Positions 11,201 through 20,326 of a stretch of DNA of 36,475 nucleotides are shown here, in pieces (the first letter of the stretch is position 1; each line of letters starts with the position of its first letter). The notes below the pieces were generated by a model. That model worked only from the letters and a program-made list of their open reading frames with translations. It was not told the DNA's origin and did not search any database. The position numbers and the translations under genes were made by a program. The stretch comes from a virus (lineage: Duplodnaviria > Caudoviricetes). The stretch spans positions 1 to 36,475 of IMG/VR virus record IMGVR_UViG_3300033562_000709. One strand, written 5' to 3'.

Positions 11201-11397
11201 TATGTACAAAATTTTTTAGTAGAATCATATCGTTTTCCTACTTCTGTGAAAGGGGTAGGATCAAAATCTAATCCTTGTGTTGCATTAATAGGACGATATT
11301 TTGTAATTTCATATGACAAAATAGGATTAAAAAATGCTTCTCCTGCTTCATGTAATCTAAGTATTTCCTCTGTGGTTATATCCCAATGCATACTCAT
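8200..11397 (-). CDS. terL: Terminase large subunit, intein-containing
   Basis: Walker A-like ILKARGVGASE, Walker B RLFFEESG, nuclease motif YVAGIDSID; interrupted by an intein. Confidence 0.93.
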   Translation of the reverse strand: MSMHWDITTEEILRLHEAGEAFFNPILSYEITKYRPINATQGLDFDPTPFTEVGKRYDSTKKFCTYPTQSKAFKDWWENQHRLCDKGLEVDGYRVTGDHYFFLNFYTMLKSEAGKKAGSGRKDGRPEFWAAHYEFFHYIELCEVLGYDSVILKARGVGASEIAASLGVRPYTTTKGYNALYVAYALSHLEAPKGVLGKCWKQLDWLNQNTGGGMRRVRMGKNDDFTKKACMKDKTGEESGHMAIISGQVVDRPDKLRGDRVDRLFFEESGSNPCLGSTWIVGEALVIINGRRHGCRVAWGCVCKGTKVWNNQGDFINIENVIPENGILGFDQETGKVSKESITYWQPPAKKPCYRITTHTSRTLECSEDHPILYSEVYLRRGSHKNNKKIVKFKETKDLKLGDQVAIVDEVPIFGTKKMWEPRLVGWLIGDGSYGFDKTPVLSNCEEEILNYVKANFDYKIERSYTTKLGKEYNELRIKGICHKLRELGIYGQTRGKKTLPKDIHSYTKEDICEVLGGFFDTDGSICVNSKRIVIDLSCAYHSLMLEVKMLLMKLGIHGSITKIKKKENNPLDRNDYYRFVVADKDSVLNFHKHLKFYPKNKQVKLDSSVDHFKNKTPKRSKDIEGIRYERITNIEFLGEQDVYNLTAGVTNTYIANGIITHNTGGSEGPYLEGLEKMFLDPITFGVLPYKHKNTIKGDTSLTGYFLPAWATVMDHMDKRGVVDEEKAKAYYNKIRDVKRKDFNTYSKYCAEYCFYPEEALSRQGNNNFDQEKLADQYTEITFNKSTPIVKHGYTKWDYEKDANNNSTSRVIGAKFIEASNGNTHILEMPVLDDNNQHIKDLYVAGIDSIDKALGDSMDDKGSKFCVTIKKRTFGMEGDKYVAYYMDRPYDIREAYEKCAQLLTMYNCKANLEDTKIGIIGYYREKHWLHLLMKRPQYAIQGDSRRPPNAFGTQGTEKMILHAIDLIDAYIKDYCHLIGFVEMIEQLQNYSWEKKGKYDLVASMGMCEIGDEELMGIVPKKELIEIEGIKDIGFYYENGKKKYGIIPDKNNNKHLNAALNGYNQF
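9409..10497 (-). mobile_element. Intein (363 aa) with LAGLIDADG homing endonuclease in TerL
   Basis: AWG|CVCKGTKV ... block B LECSEDHPI ... LVGWLIGDGS and VLGGFFDTDGS ... DVYNLTA ... IITHN|TGG. Confidence 0.95.
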
Positions 11398-11969
11398 TAT
11401 TTATCAAAAATACCTAATTCTGTGGATCCACGTAAAGAGTTTGCTTTTTCTCTTTCTTGCATAACCATAAATTGTAATTGTTGTAGACCCTCAACAGTTT
11501 TACCTAAAGAAGCTATCTCACTCATTACGTTTTTAGTAGAAAATATAGGTTTGCCGTATTGGTCTCTCTCTGATAAATCTAATGTATCAAAATATAATCT
11601 CAATTCATCTACTGCCTTATAAGCAGAATTTAAAAGTCTTAATATTCTAGAATCTTGTAATTCTTGATATTTTTTTACAGCAGCTTTAAATAATGGATCA
11701 TTAAGCCATTCTGGATCTATCTCAGAATCTAATAAAGCAGCTTCCATTTTCTCTGCCATAGAATACTCAGCATAGGCTGTTTTCCAATCATAGACCAAAT
11801 AGATATAAGATAATTCTCTAAAGGCTCTAAATTTTAAGGTTCCTTTGGAATCACCTTTAACTCCTTTACATCTTTCTGGATCGAATAAATCTTTGAATTC
11901 TTTAATTAATAGAACGTCTGGTTTATTTATGATTGGATTATAATTTTCACTTAGTGTAAATAATTCCAT
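11397..11969 (-). CDS. Putative terminase small subunit / conserved TerL-adjacent protein
   Basis: 190-aa helical protein directly upstream of and coupled to terL (TAATG); DLSERDQYGKPIF segment. Confidence 0.55.
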   Translation of the reverse strand: MELFTLSENYNPIINKPDVLLIKEFKDLFDPERCKGVKGDSKGTLKFRAFRELSYIYLVYDWKTAYAEYSMAEKMEAALLDSEIDPEWLNDPLFKAAVKKYQELQDSRILRLLNSAYKAVDELRLYFDTLDLSERDQYGKPIFSTKNVMSEIASLGKTVEGLQQLQFMVMQEREKANSLRGSTELGIFDK

Positions 11970-12025
11970 ATTAATTCATATTATTTTAAAAATGCCCTCT
12001 AAAAAGAGAGCATTCATATTTTGTT

Positions 12026-12658
12026 TTATACTAGTTTAGGAGTAGCAATCGGAATCATAGGTTTTAATCCTGATTGTTTTGGAGTATTCATTGGTTTTAA
12101 GGACTGAGTCTTTCTAACTCCTAATGTAGTTAAAGGAGAAGAAGTACTTGTATCTTCTAATGGTTCCATACTAGGATTTTGAATATTATTAGCTGAAGGT
12201 AATCCTACAGGATTAGTACCTCCTACAATATTCTTTCCTATGTTTAACATTCCTTGTGCAGTATTAGCTACCTTACCAATTGTAGCTAATGTTTGTGCTC
12301 CTTTAATTGCAGAGGTACCCCCTTTCATAATAGTACTTGCTCCTTTAAGTGCTCCTAATACTGATCCTAAAAAGGCTTTTTGTATTTTAGGTGATTTTGA
12401 TCCACAACCACAATCCATTTTGCCACCTTTTTTAAACTTTGATAAACAATCAAGATAATCTAATTTACCTCCTTTTTTAAACATAGATTCTGATTGACTT
12501 TCTCCTAGTTCTTTTTTAAATTCTTGAATAGTCTGTTCCATAGCTCCTTCTGTGGATTGTAATTTTTTTATTATATCAGTCAATTCTTGTTCAGATTTAG
12601 CTCCTGTTTTATTAGCTAACCATTTAATAAATTGTGCTTGTATTTCTTTATTGTCCAT
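12026..12658 (-). CDS. Hypothetical low-complexity protein with repeated (F/M)KKGG motifs, possible internal virion protein
   Basis: MFKKGGK, KFKKGGK, IMKGGT; Gly/Ala-rich amphipathic middle. Confidence 0.6.
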   Translation of the reverse strand: MDNKEIQAQFIKWLANKTGAKSEQELTDIIKKLQSTEGAMEQTIQEFKKELGESQSESMFKKGGKLDYLDCLSKFKKGGKMDCGCGSKSPKIQKAFLGSVLGALKGASTIMKGGTSAIKGAQTLATIGKVANTAQGMLNIGKNIVGGTNPVGLPSANNIQNPSMEPLEDTSTSSPLTTLGVRKTQSLKPMNTPKQSGLKPMIPIATPKLV

Positions 12659-12668
12659 ATTTTTAAAT

Positions 12669-12899
12669 TTAAGAATGTTTTCTTTGTAGGTCTTTAGTAG
12701 AGAATATATTTTCTTGATATTCTCCTGTAGAAGAGAACCAATAACAAATAATTCCTTGTAAAAAATCTCTTTTAGGTTCTAAAGGACCTGGTTTAATCAT
12801 TCTAGTTACCTTTTTTTTAACAACCATTATAGGTCTAAATGGAATATTATGTTTAACCTCACATAAATCTCCAGGTAAATAATATACTTTTTCTTCCAT
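12669..12899 (-). CDS. Small YodC/DUF2158-like protein
   Basis: PGDLCEVK..PIMVV...ICYWFSSTGEYQENIFSTKDL pattern. Confidence 0.6.
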   Translation of the reverse strand: MEEKVYYLPGDLCEVKHNIPFRPIMVVKKKVTRMIKPGPLEPKRDFLQGIICYWFSSTGEYQENIFSTKDLQRKHS

Positions 12900-13240
12900 T
12901 ATTCATCGGGTGTTATTACTACTTTACAAACAAGATTTAATTCATTAGTCTGCATATATTCTAAACCCATAAATGGAATAGGACGTAGACTTCTAGTATC
13001 TAGATAACAACCATCTCCTTCTTTATAAAATTTACAATCAGAACCTGCACTAATTATTTCAGCATATGCTATAATTTGTTCTAAATCATTTTCTAATTGC
13101 CCTGTCTCTTGTGATTGATAAGATCTTCCATCAGGAAGTAAAATTCCACCACTAGTTTTTGTTTTACGATATTTATTATCCATTACTTTCACAATAACAT
13201 TTGTATATTGTGCTTCTACTTTTACATTTTTCATAATCAT
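12899..13240 (-). CDS. groES: GroES-like co-chaperonin
   Basis: 113 aa; VIVK..KTKTSGGILLPD mobile-loop motif; AEIISAGSDCKFYKEGD. Confidence 0.7.
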   Translation of the reverse strand: MIMKNVKVEAQYTNVIVKVMDNKYRKTKTSGGILLPDGRSYQSQETGQLENDLEQIIAYAEIISAGSDCKFYKEGDGCYLDTRSLRPIPFMGLEYMQTNELNLVCKVVITPDE

Positions 13241-13271
13241 TATTTTAATTTATTTATTTTTATTTTAAGTA

Positions 13272-13541
13272 TTACCACTTGTTCACGACACATCTTGCAT
13301 TTTCTAAAGTTGTTTTAGCTAACATTCTACAACCACAACCTCTTACATAACCTGTAGTTTCTTTAGTTACTACCTCTCCATATCTATTTATCCATTTACT
13401 TGAATCACACATTATTCCAGTAGCTGTTTGTTTTGCTATAGGACAAGTAGAACAAATCTTTAATCTACGTTCACTTAGTTCTTCATTATTTTTTAATAAT
13501 TCATTTAAGTGTCCTTCTATAATATCTCCTAATTGTGACAT
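13272..13541 (-). CDS. Small Cys-rich putative Zn-binding protein
   Basis: RRLKICSTCP...GCGCRMLAKT...CVVNKW. Confidence 0.7.
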   Translation of the reverse strand: MSQLGDIIEGHLNELLKNNEELSERRLKICSTCPIAKQTATGIMCDSSKWINRYGEVVTKETTGYVRGCGCRMLAKTTLENARCVVNKW

Positions 13542-13543
13542 AG

Positions 13544-14452
13544 TTATCTTTTATTTCTTTGTTCTTCTATATAATTTTTCTTCTGTATATCCTTAATTAT
13601 TTTATCTACTTCATTAGGTAGATACTCTAATTCTATATCAGTTTGTACTCCTTCTCTACTATAATGTTTCAAAAGTAATAATTTAATTTTAAATTCAGGA
13701 TTTATTTTCTGTAAAAGTTTAGCATAAAAACTTAATTGTAAGGTATAATGCATTAAAGTGCAATCTTGTAAATTATTAACAGGATATTTCATCATTTTGT
13801 AGGATTTAGTCTTATGATTATAGTAAGATTTATCTTCTATTCCCTTAGCATTTGTCTTCCAATCTAATAATGTGATGTCATTTCCTTCTTTAATAAGTAC
13901 ATCTATTTGTCCTGAAATTCTAAGATTATCTTCTTCCCAATAGATTAGATATTCCGGATAGATTCCGTTCTCCAAATCGAGTTCGTAATAGTCTTTATTA
14001 CATACATATTCTTTATCAAATCTTTTATCAAGAAAGTCCAGTTTAAATTTACCCCCTCTTTTATAAAAATTTGTTTCTTGTTCTAAGTGGTAAGCTGTGC
14101 CAAAGGCACACGCCTCCTCGGCATTCTTTTTATAACCTTCTGCAATCTCTAAAGCTTTATTATGAACTTCCTCGATAGATACTCCTAGTTTAGTACAATA
14201 TGAGTCTTTCCATATTTTTAAGTCAAGCAAAGCCGATTTGACTCCACTTGACTTAAATAGTTCTATACCAGCTAGTTGCTCTAGACTTTTGTACCTAGAC
14301 CAATACGTTTCGTCAAATTTTTCCACGTAATCATGAATACACGATGTAACTGAAGTATACTTTTTATTAGGATCTCGTAAATCAAAATAACAGTGGTCAG
14401 ATTCTCTGAACGCTACATTACCATTTCTCTTATTATATATTAATTCATTCAT
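13544..14452 (-). CDS. PD-(D/E)XK family nuclease (exonuclease-like)
   Basis: SVTS, GTAYH, PEYLI, GQIDVL, LDWKT, YTLQLSFY motifs. Confidence 0.85.
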   Translation of the reverse strand: MNELIYNKRNGNVAFRESDHCYFDLRDPNKKYTSVTSCIHDYVEKFDETYWSRYKSLEQLAGIELFKSSGVKSALLDLKIWKDSYCTKLGVSIEEVHNKALEIAEGYKKNAEEACAFGTAYHLEQETNFYKRGGKFKLDFLDKRFDKEYVCNKDYYELDLENGIYPEYLIYWEEDNLRISGQIDVLIKEGNDITLLDWKTNAKGIEDKSYYNHKTKSYKMMKYPVNNLQDCTLMHYTLQLSFYAKLLQKINPEFKIKLLLLKHYSREGVQTDIELEYLPNEVDKIIKDIQKKNYIEEQRNKR

Positions 14453-14471
14453 TCATTTAATTTTTTAATTT

Positions 14472-14861
14472 TTAGAATCCTAAAATTTTTAGAATTCCTT
14501 CTAGATCTCCTGTAATAAGTAATCCTAATATCACAAGTAATGTTGTGCAAGTTATTTTAGGATACTTTTCTATCAATCTCATAACAGAGTACTTACTTTT
14601 TAAATCTTCTTTGTACTTTTCTAATTCTTGTTTAGCTAAATGCCTTTCTTTAGAAGCTGCTTCCATAGCTTTTACGTTTGTTAGATCTTCTTGTAATTTA
14701 TGAATACTGTCTCTTAAATCTTTATGACTTTCCATGTTTTCTTTCTGGTAAATCTCATTAAGTTTAAACTGTTTATCAATATTCAGCATTTGTACCTCCA
14801 GAATACGATCATGGAGTTCGAATTTCTCTGCTATAAATTCTCTCAATTCTTGTACCTCCAT
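14472..14861 (-). CDS. Coiled-coil protein with C-terminal transmembrane helix
   Basis: 129 aa; hydrophobic ITCTTLLVILGLLITG. Confidence 0.65.
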   Translation of the reverse strand: MEVQELREFIAEKFELHDRILEVQMLNIDKQFKLNEIYQKENMESHKDLRDSIHKLQEDLTNVKAMEAASKERHLAKQELEKYKEDLKSKYSVMRLIEKYPKITCTTLLVILGLLITGDLEGILKILGF

Positions 14862-14905
14862 AGTTTTAATTTTAAATCTGTTTGTAAAATAATTTATCTA
14901 AGTCA

Positions 14906-14913
14906 CAAAGATA
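14906..14913 (-). promoter_or_regulatory. Bacteroidota -7 element (TATCTTTG)
   Basis: TAnnTTTG match upstream of the minus-strand block starting at 14861. Confidence 0.6.
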
Positions 14914-14960
14914 ATATTTTTTTTCATATATTTATAAGTTCATAAACTAATAAAATCATT

Positions 14961-15231
14961 ATGGAAAAAAAAATTAATACCTAAGAATAAAAAAGGAGGA
15001 CAACTTCCTATTATAAAAGAGGTTGAAGAAGAAAAAGAAGTTCGATTAATACCAAAACCTTTAAATTATTTAAAGAAAGGTGGTTGGATACAAAAGGTAA
15101 CTAAAAGTATAAAGAAAAGAGGAACTGAAGGAGTATGTACAGGATCTAAATTTGGAAGTTCTTCTTGTCCAGCAGGAAGTAGGAGATATAATCTTGCTAA
15201 AACATTTAAAAAGATGGCTAAAAATCGATAA
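14961..15231 (+). pseudogene. Small basic KKGG-motif protein, frameshifted in an A9 run (or sequencing error)
   Basis: A8 instead of A9 at 14965-14973 gives MEKKLIPKNKKGGQ...LKKGGWIQKVTKSIKKRGTEGVCTGSKFGSSSCPAGSRRYNLAKTFKKMAKNR, ending in TAATG overlap with the next gene. Confidence 0.75.
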
Positions 15232-15752
15232 TGAATAAAAAGAAAATTAGAAAGAAAAATAAGGAAGACTTTTGTATAGTATGCAGAAATTCATTTTTAC
15301 ATCATACTTGGGATACCCAAAAGTGTTGTTCTATAAAATGTTCTCAAACCCTTTTAAAGAATAGAGTAGAAGTTACTTGTAATACCTGTAATAAATCTTT
15401 TGAAATACCTAAATCTCAGTATGATAGAAATTTATCGAAGGGTAATAAATTTTATTGTGGTAGAAACTGTTACAATAATTCTAGAGTAGACAATCCAAAT
15501 AGACTAAAACGTTCTACTTCATATAACCAAAAATTATTAACAGAAGGATCTTGTATAGATTGTGGAGAGAATCGATACTATCTCTTACAGATACACCATG
15601 TGGATTCAGATCCTTCAAACAATACTAAAAGTAATTATGAGGTAGTCTGCGCTAATTGTCATATTAGAAGACATTTAAAATTAAATAAGTTAGGAAGATA
15701 TGTATATTCTACAAAACATTTAACAAATAGAAATTTATTAAAGGATTTATAA
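15231..15752 (+). CDS. HNH endonuclease with N-terminal Zn-finger repeats
   Basis: CxxC...CSxxC repeats; CIDCG..LQIHHVDSDPSNNTKSNYEVVCANCH. Confidence 0.88.
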   Translation: MNKKKIRKKNKEDFCIVCRNSFLHHTWDTQKCCSIKCSQTLLKNRVEVTCNTCNKSFEIPKSQYDRNLSKGNKFYCGRNCYNNSRVDNPNRLKRSTSYNQKLLTEGSCIDCGENRYYLLQIHHVDSDPSNNTKSNYEVVCANCHIRRHLKLNKLGRYVYSTKHLTNRNLLKDL

Positions 15753-15780
15753 ACAAACCTGGTAATACCAGGTTTGTTTA
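15750..15780. terminator. Bidirectional terminator between convergent genes
   Basis: Perfect inverted repeat TAAACAAACCTGGTA-A-TACCAGGTTTGTTTA. Confidence 0.8.
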
Positions 15781-16047
15781 CATGTGTCTATCTACTTCTT
15801 CGTTAATAGAAGGTATATCTTCCGATTTCTCGTATCTTTTTTGGACTACTTTACCTACTATTCCACTTCCTCCAATTGCAGCGAGAGCTATTACATAAGG
15901 ACCTACCCATGATAAATCCTGAGATAGAGTTAACGCGAAAGCTATTAATATTGGTATTGCCAATAAATTTAAACATACTCCAACAGCTAAAATAAAAACT
16001 ACTACTCTTAAAGTAGATTGTACTGAATCTGATCTTAAAAATTTCAT
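15778..16047 (-). CDS. Two-TM membrane protein, holin-like
   Basis: 89 aa, two hydrophobic helices, charged C-terminal tail. Confidence 0.55.
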   Translation of the reverse strand: MKFLRSDSVQSTLRVVVFILAVGVCLNLLAIPILIAFALTLSQDLSWVGPYVIALAAIGGSGIVGKVVQKRYEKSEDIPSINEEVDRHM

Positions 16048-16625
16048 TATCTTTTTTGTACTTTAATGTTTTGATTTATAGTATAATTCATATAAGGATT
16101 TTCTCCTTTAATAGTACTAGTATACACTTTCTTTCCAAATAGCCGAGGTATAAATTTTCCTTCTCTTTTCCAATAAAGTAATATATTAAATTTGTCCCAA
16201 GAAGACCAAGTTATTGAAGCAGAGTCTTTTAAAACTATACCTCTCATAGTTAAAAACTTTTCAGTATGATTAAATACTGTAGCATTTGCTAGTGTATCAT
16301 GTCTAGAGATTATAGTGTCTCTAGGAATAAAGGTTATTGTACCTTTTGTAGTAGAAGATGCTTTTACAAGTTGTTCTATGTGTCTAGTATTAGTCCCAAT
16401 TTCTTTCATTAAAGCTTTAGTAGTACTATCCATAGCTTGTTTAAACTCTTTAGGAGTTAAAACTAATTGTTTTTCTTTTAGCATCCCATCTACTTGTTGT
16501 AATAGTATTGTTTGGTTTTCTTCTACTCTTGTAAATTTTTTGTAAAATTGATAACCAAAGTAAGTAGCTCCTATAGACCATAATAGTAAAACAATAAAAG
16601 CAATTAATGGGAAATTTATTTTCAT
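16047..16625 (-). CDS. N-terminally anchored membrane protein, spanin-like candidate
   Basis: N-terminal TM, coiled coil, beta-rich C-terminus; coupled to the holin-like gene. Confidence 0.5.
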   Translation of the reverse strand: MKINFPLIAFIVLLLWSIGATYFGYQFYKKFTRVEENQTILLQQVDGMLKEKQLVLTPKEFKQAMDSTTKALMKEIGTNTRHIEQLVKASSTTKGTITFIPRDTIISRHDTLANATVFNHTEKFLTMRGIVLKDSASITWSSWDKFNILLYWKREGKFIPRLFGKKVYTSTIKGENPYMNYTINQNIKVQKR

Positions 16626-16645
16626 ATATTCATAATTTAATTATG

Positions 16646-16672
16646 CAAAGTTATATAATTTTTTTAACTTTG
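16646..16672. promoter_or_regulatory. Back-to-back TAACTTTG -7 elements (divergent promoters)
   Basis: CAAAGTTA at 16646-16653 and TAACTTTG at 16665-16672 between divergent genes. Confidence 0.7.
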
Positions 16673-16698
16673 TGATATTAAACTAAAAATAATATTAT

Positions 16699-17454
16699 AT
16701 GAGTGAACAGATATGTAGAAAAATTCTTAAACATCAAGAAGGAGGAAGTTTTAAAATTCCTGAAATAACAGTTTATGGTAAACAAAAGTATAAAGAACTT
16801 CTTTCTGAAAATGATGCTAAAAAAGCTAAGTTTTTAGCTGATATAAGTAAGTATAAAAAAGATAGTGCTGAATGGGTTAAGGCTAATAGAGCGTATCATG
16901 ATAGTTTACGTAGTTATAATTATGGAGAAACTAGTGCTAAATTATTAGATAATTATGTAGGCAAAGAGTATGGGCATACACAATTAGGTATGAATGAATA
17001 TATAAAGATGTTTGATATTATGTCCAACATCAGTGATGGTCATAAATCTTTAAATACTAAGATAAAACCGATAAAAGATATTTATTATAATAATGTATAT
17101 AGTAAAAATAATTTAATTACGCGTGAAACTACCCAACCAGAGAATATATGGCTTACTACTAATTATTTATATAAAAAACCTACTACAAAACCTATTCAAC
17201 CTATTCCTCCAACTAACGAATCTTCTACTATTAAATATGATCCTAAATATGAAGATCTTCGTATGCGTTCTCTTTGGGCTAATATAGCTAAACAAGACTC
17301 TACTCAAAATATAGGAACTCTCAATAGTTTAGATAATAACTTCTCTAAAGGATTCACTATAACAGAAGCTTCTAAATTCCCACAAGAGATTAAGGATAAA
17401 TATAATCTTAATTATATAGATACTAATATTAGGAAAAATTTAATTAAAAAATAA
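16699..17454 (+). CDS. Hypothetical protein with N-terminal KHQEGG motif
   Basis: 251-aa ORF with own promoter and terminator. Confidence 0.7.
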   Translation: MSEQICRKILKHQEGGSFKIPEITVYGKQKYKELLSENDAKKAKFLADISKYKKDSAEWVKANRAYHDSLRSYNYGETSAKLLDNYVGKEYGHTQLGMNEYIKMFDIMSNISDGHKSLNTKIKPIKDIYYNNVYSKNNLITRETTQPENIWLTTNYLYKKPTTKPIQPIPPTNESSTIKYDPKYEDLRMRSLWANIAKQDSTQNIGTLNSLDNNFSKGFTITEASKFPQEIKDKYNLNYIDTNIRKNLIKK

Positions 17455-17468
17455 GGGACGTAAGCCCC

Positions 17469-17474
<6 letters not shown>
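17449..17474. terminator. Bidirectional terminator
   Basis: AAATAAGGG-N8-CCCTTATTT between convergent ORFs. Confidence 0.7.
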
Positions 17475-19000
<1,526 letters not shown>

Positions 19001-19001
<1 letters not shown>

Positions 19002-19690
19002 TATTTTACTTTTAATAATTGTTTTAATTCTTGTACTTCTTTTCTTAAAGATTCTACATCTTGTTTATCTGCTTTATTTTCCTTTAAGTTATCTATATCT
19101 TCTGCCTGTTTTTGTAATAATAATCCTAAAGAGTCCATATCAAATATTAAACTAACTTCATTATTTCCATTAGGTCTAGTAGTTAATTCATATTTAACCA
19201 TTCCTTTTTCTTTTAAGGAATCTATTCTTGTACTTACTGTTTGCTTAATCATTCCAGTCCATCTAGATAACTCAGAGATACCAGCAGCAATATAAAAGCC
19301 CTCTCCTTTTTTTAAAAAGAACTTTCTACATGCTATAACAAAAGCTTTATCCTGAGGAGTTAATTTATCATTATCTAAAAATGTAAATAAAAATTGTTCA
19401 AAATGTTCAGCAGATTGTGGAAATTTATAGTTATGTGACTTTAAATTTCTAGGGTGTACTTCTATAAATCCCATTCTAGATAAATTCTTAATACATTTGA
19501 TTATCGTGGGTTTAGATAAACCAGAAAAGGCCATTATTTGAGAGTGTGATGAATCTGATATTCTAGTTAGATTATTCATATATTTTTTTATAGAAGCATA
19601 TACTAATAAATCCAACATTTCTAAATTATTTTCTTTCAATGCATCATTTAAAGAGTGTCCTACTCTAACATGTCTTTTATTTTCTTCCAT
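19001..19690 (-). CDS. Tandem winged-HTH DNA-binding protein, putative replication initiator
   Basis: Two HTH-like segments (SHSQIMAFSGLSKPTIIKCIKNLSRMGFI; GISELSRWTGMIKQTVSTRIDSLKEKGMV), C-terminal coiled coil; adjacent to direct repeats. Confidence 0.7.
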
Positions 19691-19711
19691 TAATTATTTT
19701 CTTTTATAAAA

Positions 19712-19719
19712 CAAAAATA
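19712..19719 (-). promoter_or_regulatory. Bacteroidota -7 element (TATTTTTG)
   Basis: TAnnTTTG match ~22 nt upstream of ATG 19690. Confidence 0.5.
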
Positions 19720-19766
19720 GTAAAAACATCTTGAATTACAAAATATTTTTACTATTATTTTTACGT

Positions 19767-19842
19767 TGTCCAAAATCTTTACCAATTCCTTTTTCTTTAC
19801 CAATCTGTCCAAAATCTTTACCAATTTGTCCAGTATCTTTAC
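19767..19842. repeat. Iteron-like direct repeats
   Basis: TGTCCAAAATCTTTACCAAT at 19767 and 19806, partial TCTTTACCAAT at 19794, variant TGTCCAGTATCTTTAC at 19827. Confidence 0.85.
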
Positions 19843-19902
19843 ACTCTATATACTTACATATACTTATTCTTCTATATACATACCGCTACGTTTCACTTCG
19901 CG

Positions 19903-20277
19903 TCATTTCTTTAACTCTCCCATAACTCCTCTCTCAATTCTCTCTTCTACTCTTTCCCTACAAGCATCTAAGAAGATATCAAGACCTGCGATCATTTTAG
20001 CATTATGATCAGAGGGAAATTTCTTATTTAGTTTTATACATCTATCTAATAGAATGTAAGCTAGTTGTTCACTTTGTAATCCTGGGATCATACTACCATC
20101 TAAGTTTTTCTGTACAAACTGTATTTTCTGGTAACCGTCTACATACTCTGCTTTACCATCTTTAAAACCTACGGAGTTCTGTACTTTGTAATAATGTGCA
20201 CCATTATATTCTGTATCGGGTGATACATAAATAGTTTCTTCCTCAGAGGGGAATACTTTATACTTTAATTTATTCAT
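19903..20277 (-). CDS. tad1: Tad1-like cyclic-nucleotide sponge (anti-Thoeris/CBASS)
   Basis: GAHYY...IQF...GLQSEQLAYILLDR...FPSDHNA...RVEERIERGVMG follows the Tad1 pattern (GAYHEY/IKFQ/LLEIVRDRL/F.SRENA/RVEDRIERNVLG, recalled from memory). Confidence 0.75.
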   Translation of the reverse strand: MNKLKYKVFPSEEETIYVSPDTEYNGAHYYKVQNSVGFKDGKAEYVDGYQKIQFVQKNLDGSMIPGLQSEQLAYILLDRCIKLNKKFPSDHNAKMIAGLDIFLDACRERVEERIERGVMGELKK

Positions 20278-20326
20278 ATTATTTCATTTAGTTTGGCTTA
20301 ATTGCCGTAGTAAAGATAAGGAAAAA

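Noticed and set aside
13544-14452. Cas4 / CRISPR-associated system
   Set aside because: No Fe-S Cys cluster, other cas genes or array; generic PD-(D/E)XK nuclease.
3195-16545. Plus-strand ORFs inside minus-strand genes (3195, 5092, 7331, 10321, 10466, 10905, 11246, 11386, 12240, 14724, 16315)
   Set aside because: Antisense to well-supported genes, with no recognisable motifs.
19767-19842. Mini-CRISPR array or coding repeats (ORFs 19731, 19766)
   Set aside because: Repeats are ~20 bp and nearly abutting, with no spacer-length unique sequence; the ORFs are just translations of the repeat.
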